Notes under the pieces: generated by a model | What the model was told of the DNA's origin: nothing | Seen by the model: the letters and a program-made list of their open reading frames with translations, nothing else | Databases searched by the model: none | Assembly (NCBI GenBank): GCA_965217585.1 | Contig: OZ244561.1 | Coordinates: forward strand, 4,064,001 to 4,128,000 | Direction: 5' to 3' | Length of the DNA stretch: 64,000 nt | Origin: Candidatus Latescibacterota bacterium | Lineage (GTDB): Bacteria > Latescibacterota > UBA2968 > UBA8231 | Made by a program: the position numbers and the translations under genes | Part shown: one piece after another, positions 17,635 to 27,595 of the stretch | Layout: each line of letters opens with the position of its first letter | Numbering within the stretch: the stretch's first letter is position 1

Positions 17635-20600
17635 CTACCGGGAGTCCCATAGCCGCTTCAATTCGAGAAATTTTTCGTTAGTTCTAAGGGTAGGATCGAC
17701 TTTGACTATCGACGCTAGTATATCTTCAATATCATAGGGCCAAGATAGGACATTATCTGATAGCACTGCATATAAGAGATCTAGCTTCTGACACGAGTGT
17801 TTTTTGAAGGCATCCTCAGACAACTTATGCAGCGGCGCATAATGGAGATGGAAATCTATCTTCGCAAGAAGTGGAAGAATTATTTGTACCAATTCTGGAA
17901 ATAGCTTTTCGCTGTAGAGTACCAAGTAGCATAAAGAAGAGGACACTGCTGGTGAGTTCGCCTTTCTCTGACGAGGCCATACATCTCTCAAGAACTCTGG
18001 CAACAATGATGTCCATTTGCCTCTGGTCTCCTCTTCTTCATTATTCCACAACTGCCTCATCTTATGCAACACATGGGATCGAAATTCATCATCTGCCTGC
18101 ACTAGAACAGCTCTGAACTCCTCATTGGAAATACAACGATCGCTCGTCCCCTCAATAACGCTCCCCCACCCAGATAAAATAATGCTTGAAAGCCCTTGGC
18201 TGTGCTCGCAGCGCGTCTTACCATCCTCTCTCGCGAGCTGAAATAAGTGCGGTTTTAAGCGCATAAACAACTCTTGGTTTACTGTCTTGTAACAGAAAAA
18301 CCCTCCCCAAAAAGCCTCTTTATCGTCAAGGTTGCTGGAATCGAGGGCCGAAAGTAGATTCGCTTCTGACCATTCGCGATTATTCACATAAAACCAGCTC
18401 ATCCTCTGTGCGAAGATCGCTACTGCCTGTCGGCTCAGATCGCCAGGCAAAGCAAGCAATTCATCTGCATACTCTAGAAAATCTGTTTGCTGAGCGCGAC
18501 ATAGAACTGATTGTGCAACTTTCCCGGCCGGTGCGTTAAGTGCCGTCGTCATCCAGTCCCGGACTCCGTCGATCTGCCAGACCCCCGAATCACTACTTTC
18601 CGGTTCTTTCGCTAGAATCCGGATTAGCGCACTCGTCACTCGGTGAAAACTTGTTGGATATTGGTCGGCAAGATGGTCACTCACGTTCAAAAGCCAGCTT
18701 GCTGCCGGTCTGATGAGTTCCGTATTCCCTTTATCTAGATAACGGGCTAATCGCTCGGCGATCAACGCCACAAATCTGGGTTTGTCGGTCTTTCGCTTCT
18801 CCGCATTCAGAAAGTCGCTCCACGCCCAATCTGGAAAATCCCCTTCCTTGGCTGCCATCCTGAGAGCGGTGAATGCTCTGACAGGGTGGTCATCGAGAGG
18901 TATATCCAATAATGCTGAATGCTCAGTTTCAGTGTTCATTGTCTCGATTCTAGTTCCCCGATATGCTACTATTTCATCGGCATATTCCGGCTTCCAATCT
19001 GGTACGAATCTCCGAAGCTTATCGGTCTCTTCTTCAAGATTGAGACTCAGTTTGCATCCTTTTTTCGACAACCAAGTTATCCGAGCTAGTATTGACAGAG
19101 CACGCCATTTTTTGAATTTCTCTTCGTCGTCTTCTTTCCGACGCACACGCCCTTTCAGGATCCGTTTTTCGATCTCGACACAAGTATCGTCATTCAGTCC
19201 ATCCCACCGAACCAATAGCGTATGCATCAAATCCCACTCATGGCTACGGTCCCAAAAGGCGTTATCACTCACATCGGCAAGCATAGAACCAAACTGATCA
19301 TCCGACACCAAGTCAGATTTGCCTGCGGCCCATATCCGCAGCCTTGTAAATATCGCGTCGTCTTCAATAGGCCATTTTGAAAACTCTCGTCTCGCCGCTT
19401 TAAGGTCGATCTGCATGAGACGCTCAAAAACAGATGTAAATTCAATGACGGCTCCGGATAGTCTGCGTTTGTGATCGCTGTCTGAACTCTGGTCTGGAAT
19501 AATAGAGCTTATACGACCAAGACCACCTCTGTCGGTTTCGGTCTCAAGCTCTATTGCAGTTTCGAGGTTCTTACGCAATACTATGACAACAGGAGTAACC
19601 CATTCATCTGGGATGTCGATATTTTCACTGTTATCTGCTGGATACACGACATCCAAATCAATAAGATCACTAAGACGAGGTGGCTCTACCTTCAAGTAGG
19701 GACGAGAACATGTAGCATAGGCACGAACAACGCTTCTGCTCCAACCGTCCTTTGAAATTCGTCTTTCCAATTCGTACCAAGCGTCCGAATCGGCATTACT
19801 ACCTCTACCTTGTTCCCAGTATTCGAGCAGATAGTACCAAGCCTCACGAATAGCGGGAGATATGGGCTGTTGTGAATCCGTAAGGGCCAAACGTATTTCG
19901 CGCCGAATATCGGGATGCAGAGGGGTTTTTCGCACCGCCCACCAAACCGCCGCAGGCTGGCCAGCAACATCCTTTATCCACTCACCCATTTGGCGAAGCC
20001 GCGAAGGAAGGGGCGGCACATTGTACGCCCAACGACCTGTTATCGAAGGAAAATTGTCATCGCTTAAGTTGGTTTTATCGAGGTGGTTCAGATCAAAGGC
20101 ATCCCAAGTATCGGTTGGCACCTTACTTTCAGAGAAATGACCTGTAGGATTAGCTTTGTCTGGTGGCACATCCGAGTCGATGCGGTAAAGATCAAAAGGA
20201 TCGACGTATGGTCCCTCCTGCAAAAAGCCACCTAACTTTCCCGGTTCACCATAGCGTCTGTACGAATCGAAAACACACAGCCACTCTGCCGGAGGAGGTT
20301 CTTCTCCCTCCGAAAATTTTCTGACCCCCTCAACCGTCGAAACGATGTGAGCAACTTGCCCACGCTCATGCGGCGAAAGGCTTTGAGGCCCCTGCTTCGA
20401 TTTATTGATGACCCCCGAATACCATTTATCGGGATCTCGTGCTCTCTGCGCCCATGCCTCCAACGTGTGCCAAAGCTCAGTATGGTCGGAATCTTCCGCA
20501 TAGGGAATGGCCTTAACCCCTCTGTGCCCCCATTTAGCGGTCGCTTCGTCCGCCTCACCCGGTTGAAAAGCATAGACCTGGCGTTCATTAATCTGTCTGT

Positions 20601-21312
20601 TTAGTCCTTCTAACAAATAATGAACAGGAGGATCGTCCGCCGCGTAGCCGACGAAGACAACGACGTATCTGTCAATGATTTCTCGAAAGAAGGAAGTAGC
20701 CCAACCCTCCGAAAGATACGCCTGTCCAAATTGGGAACTGGACAGAACAAATCCAGCGTCTTTAGCCTTTTTATAATCAGGTGTAACTTTGCCGTGAAGA
20801 TAGACAATGCCGTCCATATCTTTTGGCCGCGACGGATCAGGCAAACGAGACCGTTGCCACGATGAAAGGCCGCGACCACAATCATCAAATAGACGATCAA
20901 AGTTGGTCGTTACGACATGAACTAAATTTTCCCTAGTGGTTGCGAGGTCGAGGATTATGCGATGAGCCGTCAAATCCGGTTCATCACCCGGTCGTAGCGC
21001 GGAAGCCACCGCCTCTTCTATAGAGTTCAAGGGAAAGTCTTGCTCAAGCAGACCGAATATCCGATCCGCCGGGATTACACCGACCACACCGGTTTTGGTC
21101 TCCAAGTTACGCGCTTCCTCAAGTAGTTTCCGGGCTGGACTATCAACTAAAACCCCAAGAGTTTCCATGACTTTTTCTGCCAAACCAAAGAAGCCCGGCA
21201 GCCCTGCCTTGGCCTGTGAGACCCCAGCACCACAGAAGAAAACTACTCGGCCCTCATCACGGGCGTGGAGAAGCTCATCCGGAATCGCCGGACCATTTTC
21301 AAAAAACCGCAT
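17635..21312 (-). CDS. SIR2-domain anti-phage protein, Dsr1-like defence-associated sirtuin
   Basis: MRFFENGPAIPDELL..RVVFFCGAGVS, TTNFD, YLHG, FGQAYLSEGWA, FVGYAADDP, then a long helical C-terminus. 1225 aa, lower GC than its flanks. Confidence 0.85.
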   Translation of the reverse strand: MRFFENGPAIPDELLHARDEGRVVFFCGAGVSQAKAGLPGFFGLAEKVMETLGVLVDSPARKLLEEARNLETKTGVVGVIPADRIFGLLEQDFPLNSIEEAVASALRPGDEPDLTAHRIILDLATTRENLVHVVTTNFDRLFDDCGRGLSSWQRSRLPDPSRPKDMDGIVYLHGKVTPDYKKAKDAGFVLSSSQFGQAYLSEGWATSFFREIIDRYVVVFVGYAADDPPVHYLLEGLNRQINERQVYAFQPGEADEATAKWGHRGVKAIPYAEDSDHTELWHTLEAWAQRARDPDKWYSGVINKSKQGPQSLSPHERGQVAHIVSTVEGVRKFSEGEEPPPAEWLCVFDSYRRYGEPGKLGGFLQEGPYVDPFDLYRIDSDVPPDKANPTGHFSESKVPTDTWDAFDLNHLDKTNLSDDNFPSITGRWAYNVPPLPSRLRQMGEWIKDVAGQPAAVWWAVRKTPLHPDIRREIRLALTDSQQPISPAIREAWYYLLEYWEQGRGSNADSDAWYELERRISKDGWSRSVVRAYATCSRPYLKVEPPRLSDLIDLDVVYPADNSENIDIPDEWVTPVVIVLRKNLETAIELETETDRGGLGRISSIIPDQSSDSDHKRRLSGAVIEFTSVFERLMQIDLKAARREFSKWPIEDDAIFTRLRIWAAGKSDLVSDDQFGSMLADVSDNAFWDRSHEWDLMHTLLVRWDGLNDDTCVEIEKRILKGRVRRKEDDEEKFKKWRALSILARITWLSKKGCKLSLNLEEETDKLRRFVPDWKPEYADEIVAYRGTRIETMNTETEHSALLDIPLDDHPVRAFTALRMAAKEGDFPDWAWSDFLNAEKRKTDKPRFVALIAERLARYLDKGNTELIRPAASWLLNVSDHLADQYPTSFHRVTSALIRILAKEPESSDSGVWQIDGVRDWMTTALNAPAGKVAQSVLCRAQQTDFLEYADELLALPGDLSRQAVAIFAQRMSWFYVNNREWSEANLLSALDSSNLDDKEAFWGGFFCYKTVNQELFMRLKPHLFQLAREDGKTRCEHSQGLSSIILSGWGSVIEGTSDRCISNEEFRAVLVQADDEFRSHVLHKMRQLWNNEEEETRGKWTSLLPEFLRDVWPRQRKANSPAVSSSLCYLVLYSEKLFPELVQIILPLLAKIDFHLHYAPLHKLSEDAFKKHSCQKLDLLYAVLSDNVLSWPYDIEDILASIVKVDPTLRTNEKFLELKRLWDSR

Positions 21313-21340
21313 TACTTCGCCTTGTCTATTAACTGGCTAA

Positions 21341-21661
21341 CTACTGGTCCGGACTTCCGTGGATGGTTCCCAAGTCGCGCTGGAGCTCTTCGAGGTCGTA
21401 TTGGGCAGGCACCTTTCTGGCACGGGCATAATCCATCATCTCCCACAAGGAGACTCCAGCATCGCGCGCAGCTCGCGCCAGCGTGAGCTTTCCATCTCCA
21501 TACAGCCGGACGTAGTGCTCGAGCTTCCATTGCTGGATCGCTTTCGAGAGTAGCCGGCGCACAGTGGTCGAGCGATCGGACTGCTCAACCTCCTCGATAA
21601 ACGCCAATTCGCGGACCAACTCCGAGGGGAGCCTAGTGCCGACCATCTGTTCCTTCTTCAT
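21341..21661 (-). CDS. UPF0175/RHH-type putative antitoxin (orphan)
   Basis: VGTRLP..DRSTTVRRLL RHH-like region plus YGDGKLTLARAARDAGVSLWEM HTH. SD GGAGG. Confidence 0.8.
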   Translation of the reverse strand: MKKEQMVGTRLPSELVRELAFIEEVEQSDRSTTVRRLLSKAIQQWKLEHYVRLYGDGKLTLARAARDAGVSLWEMMDYARARKVPAQYDLEELQRDLGTIHGSPDQ

Positions 21662-21872
21662 CTGTTTCCCTCCCGTGCAAGTCTCAATAGGTCAAGCACG
21701 CCGGACACCGCTGTCATTTTTCTTGTCAAAATTGCTGACATTTTTTATGCTTTTTTATCATACTAATTTATATTAGTTATTTGAAAACAATTACTTATAA
21801 GTGGGAAAAACGAGACAAGTAAGCGGTCATACAAAGCGGCACATTCTTGGATCGTGTTTGCTCTTGACCACT

Positions 21873-21928
21873 CTGGATTTCCGCCCCGTGTCGGGGCACG
21901 GGGTGACGTTCTTCCACGGGAATGACGG
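21873..21928. repeat. REP-like palindromic element
   Basis: CTGGATTTCCGCC...CACGGGAATGACG ends with an internal CCCCGTG/CACGGGG inverted repeat; intergenic. Confidence 0.5.
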
Positions 21929-22010
21929 TACTTGCTGTCTCCGGTCACTGGCGATGCGACCGGTCCTGTCAGCGCCGTTCTTCTCGCCAACCGATCTACC
22001 CTGGCGCAAC

Positions 22011-23306
22011 CTAAGCGGCTGAAAGCGACCGGCGCAGCGCCTGCCGCGTCCCAGCCAAGTCGAAACAGGCCTCTTGGTTGCCGCGCATGAAGCGAGTCGC
22101 CAGCTCTATGGCTTCGGCCTCGGTCAGCAGGCCGTCGTCTATCTCGCCTTGGAGGGCGCGGGTGAGCCAGCGCCGCGCCTGAATCGCGTAGGCCACCGAG
22201 CTAGTCGGCCAGCCGGTGTCGCCGCCAAAGGCGAAGAGCTTGGACGCGGGAGCCGCGTGGATAAAGCGGCGCACGAAGTCGCACGAGCTGTACGGGTCAA
22301 TGGACCACGCCCAGCAGAGGTCGGCGTACACGTTGCGGTAGTGCTTGGCTAGCGCGACCAATTCGTTGGAATAGGGATAGGCGATGTGCATCAGCACAAA
22401 GCGGCAATCGAGGTAGCGGGCCAGCAAGGGACAGAGATTGCCGCTTTTGATGCGGTCAACGGGCATGCGGTCGTTGCCAGCGTAGTAGCCGGTGTGGATC
22501 TTGAACGGCAACTCGTATTCGATCGCCAATTCGGTGCCCCGCGCCCAGCACCAGTCGCCCAATAGCAACCGGCTCGGCTCGTCGAGCTCGGTGCCCTGGA
22601 GCAGGTGTTGGAGTACGCGCTCGGCGTCGGCGTCGGCGCGCTCTTCCCAGCGCAGCGTGCGATTGTACGCGTGCTGGGCTTTGACCGCAATGGCATGGGG
22701 GCCGTGCTGGTCAAAGATGGCTTCCATGCCCTGCTTGAGACTAGCCAAGTCGGTGACAGCCACGCCAGTTTCTCGCTCAATGGCCTCGGCGTCGATTTGG
22801 CCGTTGCAAAAGGTGGCCCACGACAAGTCGTAGAGGAAGAAGTCCACGCCGGACTCGTCGGGCGAGCAGGGCCAAGAGAAGTCGTCGGTCTGCACGTGGT
22901 CCAACCGGCCTATTTGGCTGAGCAGCTCGTGCCGCCCGCCGGGTTGACGCCAAGCGCTGAGCTTTTCTTGCGCCTTGTCCAGTTCGTCGCCGCTAAAATC
23001 GGCCATGCCATAAACTTCGTGCGCGAGAATGCGCACAGCCTCGCCGTAGCCGGTGAAGCGGATGGCCGCAAAGGCCGCGCGGATACAATCAAAGCGCGCG
23101 CCAAAGTCCGGGTCGGAAGCGTCGTTGAGCTGGTGCAAGTCTTCGCGGGTAGCGCCGGCGGCTATCAGGTCGGCGGGCACGTAGTTGCCAAAAAGGTCTT
23201 GCAAAATGTCCGGGCCATTCTCGACCCAGTCGCGCTCCTTGCGCAGGTGCTCGTGCGTGTCGATTAGCAGCGTGTCTTCGATGTGTTGACGCAGGTCCGT
23301 GGCCAT
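22011..23306 (-). CDS. Amidohydrolase-family metal-dependent hydrolase
   Basis: IDTHEH, FKIHTG, LMHIAYPY, YADLCW, FGGD. Confidence 0.85.
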   Translation of the reverse strand: MATDLRQHIEDTLLIDTHEHLRKERDWVENGPDILQDLFGNYVPADLIAAGATREDLHQLNDASDPDFGARFDCIRAAFAAIRFTGYGEAVRILAHEVYGMADFSGDELDKAQEKLSAWRQPGGRHELLSQIGRLDHVQTDDFSWPCSPDESGVDFFLYDLSWATFCNGQIDAEAIERETGVAVTDLASLKQGMEAIFDQHGPHAIAVKAQHAYNRTLRWEERADADAERVLQHLLQGTELDEPSRLLLGDWCWARGTELAIEYELPFKIHTGYYAGNDRMPVDRIKSGNLCPLLARYLDCRFVLMHIAYPYSNELVALAKHYRNVYADLCWAWSIDPYSSCDFVRRFIHAAPASKLFAFGGDTGWPTSSVAYAIQARRWLTRALQGEIDDGLLTEAEAIELATRFMRGNQEACFDLAGTRQALRRSLSAA

Positions 23307-23342
23307 GAGGTATTGCTCCGGTTTGAGGTGTCGCGTTCCCAG

Positions 23343-23375
23343 GCTTCATTAACAATCCCAAGCTTCATTAACAAT
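23343..23375. promoter_or_regulatory. 14-bp direct repeat in a divergent intergenic region
   Basis: GCTTCATTAACAAT at 23343-23356 and 23362-23375. Confidence 0.45.
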
Positions 23376-23386
23376 AACAATACAAT

Positions 23387-23815
23387 ATGGATTGGCATCC
23401 CTTCATCGTCCACTACCCTATCGCGCTCTTGTCGCTGAGTCCGCTGTGCGATCTAGGCGCACTGTGGCTAGGTCGCCGCGCCGGGCACCACCTAGCGTAC
23501 GGCTTGCTGGTGTTGGGCGTACTAGCGGCGACAGCCGCCGTGCTCAGCGGCAACGCGGCCGCGACCAATGCTTGGGAGGGACCGGCCGCCGCGCCGTTAG
23601 CCACGCACGAATCCCTCGCTACTTGGACCTTGCTGTTGGGATTGGGGACCGTTCTCGGGCGCTTGCCTTTGCACCTCAAGGGGCGGCTTGCAGGATGGCC
23701 GCTCTATGCGTGGATCGCCCTCGGCGTCCTGATCGGCGGCTTGGTCTTGTGGACGGGCTACTGCGGCAGCGAATTGGTCTATGTACACGGCTTGGGCGTG
23801 CGGGCCGATGGCTGA
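23387..23815 (+). CDS. DUF2231-like membrane protein
   Basis: WHPFIVHYPIALL, 4 TM helices, conserved His, TGYCGSELVYVHGLG. Confidence 0.8.
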   Translation: MDWHPFIVHYPIALLSLSPLCDLGALWLGRRAGHHLAYGLLVLGVLAATAAVLSGNAAATNAWEGPAAAPLATHESLATWTLLLGLGTVLGRLPLHLKGRLAGWPLYAWIALGVLIGGLVLWTGYCGSELVYVHGLGVRADG

Positions 23816-23891
23816 GCCGCCGGCTGGTTGGCGGAATCTGTTTGGCTTATCTTCGCCGCAACTTTTCACGCCTGCAAACTAGGAGCAACCC

Positions 23892-25301
23892 GTGAATCGC
23901 CCCAACATACTACTCATTATGACGGACGAACACGCGCCCATGTACAGCGGCCCCTACGGACATCCGCTCGTGCAGACGCCCTTTATGGATCAATTGGCCG
24001 CCGAGGGCGCGACCTTTGACAACGCCTATTGCAACTCGCCGCTCTGCCTGCCGTCGCGGATGTCGTTTATGACCGGCCGCTACATCAGCCAGATCGGGGC
24101 CTTTGACAATGCCAGCCCCCTGCCGTCGGATGCGGTCACTTGGGCCCATCGGCTGCGCGCCGTCGGCTACGACGTGGTACTCTCGGGCAAACAGCACTTT
24201 TGCGGCCCCGATCAGCTACACGGCTTCCACGCCCAACTAGCGCGCGATTTGCACGCCGAGTTGTGGACCAAAGATGGCGTCCTGCGCGGCACGCCCGACT
24301 GGAGCAAGGGCACGCCCCCAGCCGACAAGCCCTGGGGTGGGGTCGCCGAGGCCGGGCCGGGGACGACCTTGGAAATCGAAGTCGATGATCTGGTGGAGCA
24401 GCAGGCGTTGGCCTACCTGCGCGACCCGGCCCGCAAGGAGCAGCCCTGGGCACTAAATGTCTCATTTATTGCGCCGCATTTTCCGCTCGTAGTGCCCGAG
24501 CGGTTTTTCAATCTCTATCCCCTCGACCAAATCGACATGCCGGAAATTCCCCCCGGCCACCTCGAAAGCCAGCACCCCGTACACCAGCGGATGCGGGCGA
24601 TGTTCGGGGCGGTCGATTTCCCCGCAGAACAGGTGCGCCGCGCACGCGCTGGCTACTACGGGCTGATTACCTATCTGGACGAGAAGATCGGCCACCTGCT
24701 CGCCGCCCTAGAAGAAACCGGGCAGCGCGACAATACGCTCATCGTGCATTTCAGCGATCACGGGGAAATGAACGGCGAGCACGGCATGTGGCGGAAGTCG
24801 AGCATGTACGAGGCGTCCGCCAAGGTGCCGCTGCAAATGGTCTATCCTGGGCAGATTCCCGCCGGGCAGCACATCGGCGAGGTAGTCTCGCTAGTGGATC
24901 TGGTGGCGACCATTGTCGATATGGCCGACGCGCCCAGCGCGGGGCCGCTGGACGGCGATAGTCTGTTGGGATTGCTACAAGGGCAAGACGCAAACTGGAA
25001 GGACGAAGCATTTTCCGAATACCTCGCCCACGGCGTGAAGCGGCCAACAGCCATGTTGCGGTGCGGCCGCTACAAGCTCCACTACAGCTTGGGAGATCCG
25101 CCCCAGCTATACGACGTGGAGGCCGATCCCAACGAGTTCGACGACCTAGCGAACCATCCAGCCCACGCGGTCACCTTAGCCGTCCTCCAAAAGCGGCTAC
25201 TGTCCGAGTGGGACCCGGTCGCCTTAGAAGCGCAGGTGCGGCAAAGCCAGCAAGATCGGCTCTTGATCGAACAAGCCGCACAGCGACCTCCCAACCAATA
25301 G
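23892..25301 (+). CDS. Sulfatase, choline-sulfatase (BetC)-like
   Basis: PNILLIMTD, NAYCNSPLCLPSR (CxPSR), LSGKQHFCGPDQLHGF, SDHGEMNGEHGMWRK. Confidence 0.9.
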   Translation: MNRPNILLIMTDEHAPMYSGPYGHPLVQTPFMDQLAAEGATFDNAYCNSPLCLPSRMSFMTGRYISQIGAFDNASPLPSDAVTWAHRLRAVGYDVVLSGKQHFCGPDQLHGFHAQLARDLHAELWTKDGVLRGTPDWSKGTPPADKPWGGVAEAGPGTTLEIEVDDLVEQQALAYLRDPARKEQPWALNVSFIAPHFPLVVPERFFNLYPLDQIDMPEIPPGHLESQHPVHQRMRAMFGAVDFPAEQVRRARAGYYGLITYLDEKIGHLLAALEETGQRDNTLIVHFSDHGEMNGEHGMWRKSSMYEASAKVPLQMVYPGQIPAGQHIGEVVSLVDLVATIVDMADAPSAGPLDGDSLLGLLQGQDANWKDEAFSEYLAHGVKRPTAMLRCGRYKLHYSLGDPPQLYDVEADPNEFDDLANHPAHAVTLAVLQKRLLSEWDPVALEAQVRQSQQDRLLIEQAAQRPPNQ

Positions 25302-25310
25302 GAACAAGTC

Positions 25311-26579
25311 ATGCACGTCGATCTGCAACAATTCCGCCGCGAAGGCTATCTGATCTTGCGCAACGTCGTGCCGCCCGAGCGGTTGGGTGCGATGCGGCTC
25401 GCCATCGAGCAGATGGTGGATCAGGAAAAGGCGCGCTCGGCGGCCGCACGCCAACCCGGCGACCCGCTCGGCGGTGCTTGGTACGAAAGCGCCCAACCGC
25501 GACTGACCATGAATTCGATTGATGCCGAGACCGCCGATGTCATCGACTTTTGCCTCGGCGAGACGACCTTGGGCGTCAGCGCCCAACTCATGCAGGCTCC
25601 GGTGACGGCCCTTACCGCCTTTGGTGCGCTGTGCAGCGGGCTGATCGATTATGGATACACGGATTGGCACCGCGACGCGAGCTCGGCTGAGCAGGCACCA
25701 CTCAGCGGCATGCAAGCGGATCTCATGGCCAATTCCCCGGGATATGTGCAGTGGAACATCGCGCTCTACGAAGACGACGTATTCTGGATCCTGCGAGAAA
25801 GCCACAAACAGCCCACCAACGAAGGGCAGCGGCGGCAGCTCATGCTGGATCCCAGAGTACCGCTGGAAGGCGGGATCTCCGTCGAGCTACAGCCCGGCGA
25901 CGGCATCGTCTATCCCAATCTGATGATGCACTGGGGCAGCCAGTACACCAGTCGGCTGCGTCGCACCATCCACCTCGGCTTTCGCTCCTTCGGCAGCCAG
26001 ATTTTCTCGTATCACCACCATCTCGACTGGTATCACGCCGATGGCTTCCTGCAACACCTCTCGCCCGAGACCAAGGCCCACTTTGCCCACTGGGCCAAGT
26101 GCTACGATCGGGAGCAGGACCAGATTGAGGCGACCTTCCGCGCGCTGATTGCCCGCGACGAGCAAAAATTCCGCACCTGCTTGGCCGAGCTACACCCAGG
26201 CGAGTTCGGCCGCATGGTGAGCGTGGTACTGTTGTGCCGGATCGCCAACAAGGTCGTCTTCCTGCACCGGCCGGAAATCGCCCAGATGTCCGTGCAAGAG
26301 CGCAAGCCGTTGATCGATGGCTCACCGCCCGCATCCTACGCCGAGGATATGGCGCAGCGCTTCACCGCCGCCGAAGCCGAGGTCCTGCAAAGCCGCCTTG
26401 CCGCGCTCAACGAGCGGTTGCAGCAAGACGAGGCCCGCGTCCACCAGCATTACAGCGATATATACGCTGACCTCCGGCCCGCAGCCGATCCGCCGAACTT
26501 CGAATCGCGGTCGCTGCGCACCTTCAACAGCGAGATGCCCGAGGGCTTTGGCGTGGACGAATTTGTAGGTACTTGGTAA
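25311..26579 (+). CDS. Phytanoyl-CoA dioxygenase (PhyH)-like protein with C-terminal extension
   Basis: FRREGYLILRNVV, WHRD, LQPGDG, MHWG, RRTIH. Confidence 0.75.
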   Translation: MHVDLQQFRREGYLILRNVVPPERLGAMRLAIEQMVDQEKARSAAARQPGDPLGGAWYESAQPRLTMNSIDAETADVIDFCLGETTLGVSAQLMQAPVTALTAFGALCSGLIDYGYTDWHRDASSAEQAPLSGMQADLMANSPGYVQWNIALYEDDVFWILRESHKQPTNEGQRRQLMLDPRVPLEGGISVELQPGDGIVYPNLMMHWGSQYTSRLRRTIHLGFRSFGSQIFSYHHHLDWYHADGFLQHLSPETKAHFAHWAKCYDREQDQIEATFRALIARDEQKFRTCLAELHPGEFGRMVSVVLLCRIANKVVFLHRPEIAQMSVQERKPLIDGSPPASYAEDMAQRFTAAEAEVLQSRLAALNERLQQDEARVHQHYSDIYADLRPAADPPNFESRSLRTFNSEMPEGFGVDEFVGTW

Positions 26580-26593
26580 GGAGGAATAAATAC

Positions 26594-27595
26594 ATGTTGA
26601 AGTTTGCATTCCTAGGCGCTTGGCACAGTCACGCGGCCATGCACGTGCGAGAGGCGGCGGCAAGGCCGGGCGAGGTGGAGCTGGTGGGGATGTACGATGC
26701 CGATCCCGCAGTGATTCAGCAGAATCTGGAGCGGTGGGCGGAATACGGGCTGGACATTCCAGTCTTTGCATCCATAGAGGACGTGTTGCATAGCCAAGCA
26801 GAGGCCGTAGTCGTGGAAGGGCACGTGTATCAGAACCTCGACTATGCCGAGCGGGCGCTCGCCGCCGGTAAGCACGTGTTGTTGGAGAAGCCAGCCGGAG
26901 TCGATCTGGCCCAATTGGAGCGGCTGCACAAGCTCGCCGAGGACGAGGGCTTGATGCTGCAAATGGCCTATATGTGGCGCTACAATCCGGCAGTGGCCGA
27001 GATGCTGCGCTTGGTGCGGGAAGGCTGCCTGGGGCAGGTGTTTATGTATCGCGGGCACATTCCCAAGCCGATTGGCTGGCACAAGCAGCTATACGGGGAG
27101 TTTACCGCTTATTACGGCGGCGTTTACTTCGAGATGGCCGGGCACTTGGTGGATTTAATGGTGGCGATGATGGGCGAGCCAGTGGCTGTCCACGGCGTAT
27201 TGGGCAAGCACTACGGGGAGCGGGCTGAAATCGATAACGCGGTGGTCGTCCACGAGTGTCGGGATGGGATCGGCATCGTGGATACGACCGCCATGCAGAT
27301 CGGCATGGACCGGCGGATCGAGGTCCACGGAACCCAAGGGACCCTGCTGCACGAGCCGATTGGCTCGAACAAGCTGCGCGTCTTCTTGGCTCAGGAGACC
27401 GAGGGATATCAGGCCGGCGAGTGGCAGGACATGGAAATCGATCCAGGGCCGGCCCCGCCGAGCTTGTTGCGGGAGCTAGCCGCGTGCATCCGCGGCGAAA
27501 AGACGCCGGATTTCGCGCTCGCGCACGATCGCGCCGTGCAGCGGACCTTGTTCAAAGGCTGCGGCATAACCGACGGCCATGCCCTGAGGACCTAA
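26594..27595 (+). CDS. Gfo/Idh/MocA oxidoreductase
   Basis: AGKHVLLEKP, YMWRYNP, MAGHLVD. Confidence 0.88.
   Translation: MLKFAFLGAWHSHAAMHVREAAARPGEVELVGMYDADPAVIQQNLERWAEYGLDIPVFASIEDVLHSQAEAVVVEGHVYQNLDYAERALAAGKHVLLEKPAGVDLAQLERLHKLAEDEGLMLQMAYMWRYNPAVAEMLRLVREGCLGQVFMYRGHIPKPIGWHKQLYGEFTAYYGGVYFEMAGHLVDLMVAMMGEPVAVHGVLGKHYGERAEIDNAVVVHECRDGIGIVDTTAMQIGMDRRIEVHGTQGTLLHEPIGSNKLRVFLAQETEGYQAGEWQDMEIDPGPAPPSLLRELAACIRGEKTPDFALAHDRAVQRTLFKGCGITDGHALRT

Noticed and set aside
21670-21870. AT-rich stretch as ncRNA or origin
   Set aside because: No DnaA-box array or recognisable RNA structure; most simply the promoter and edge of the defence patch.
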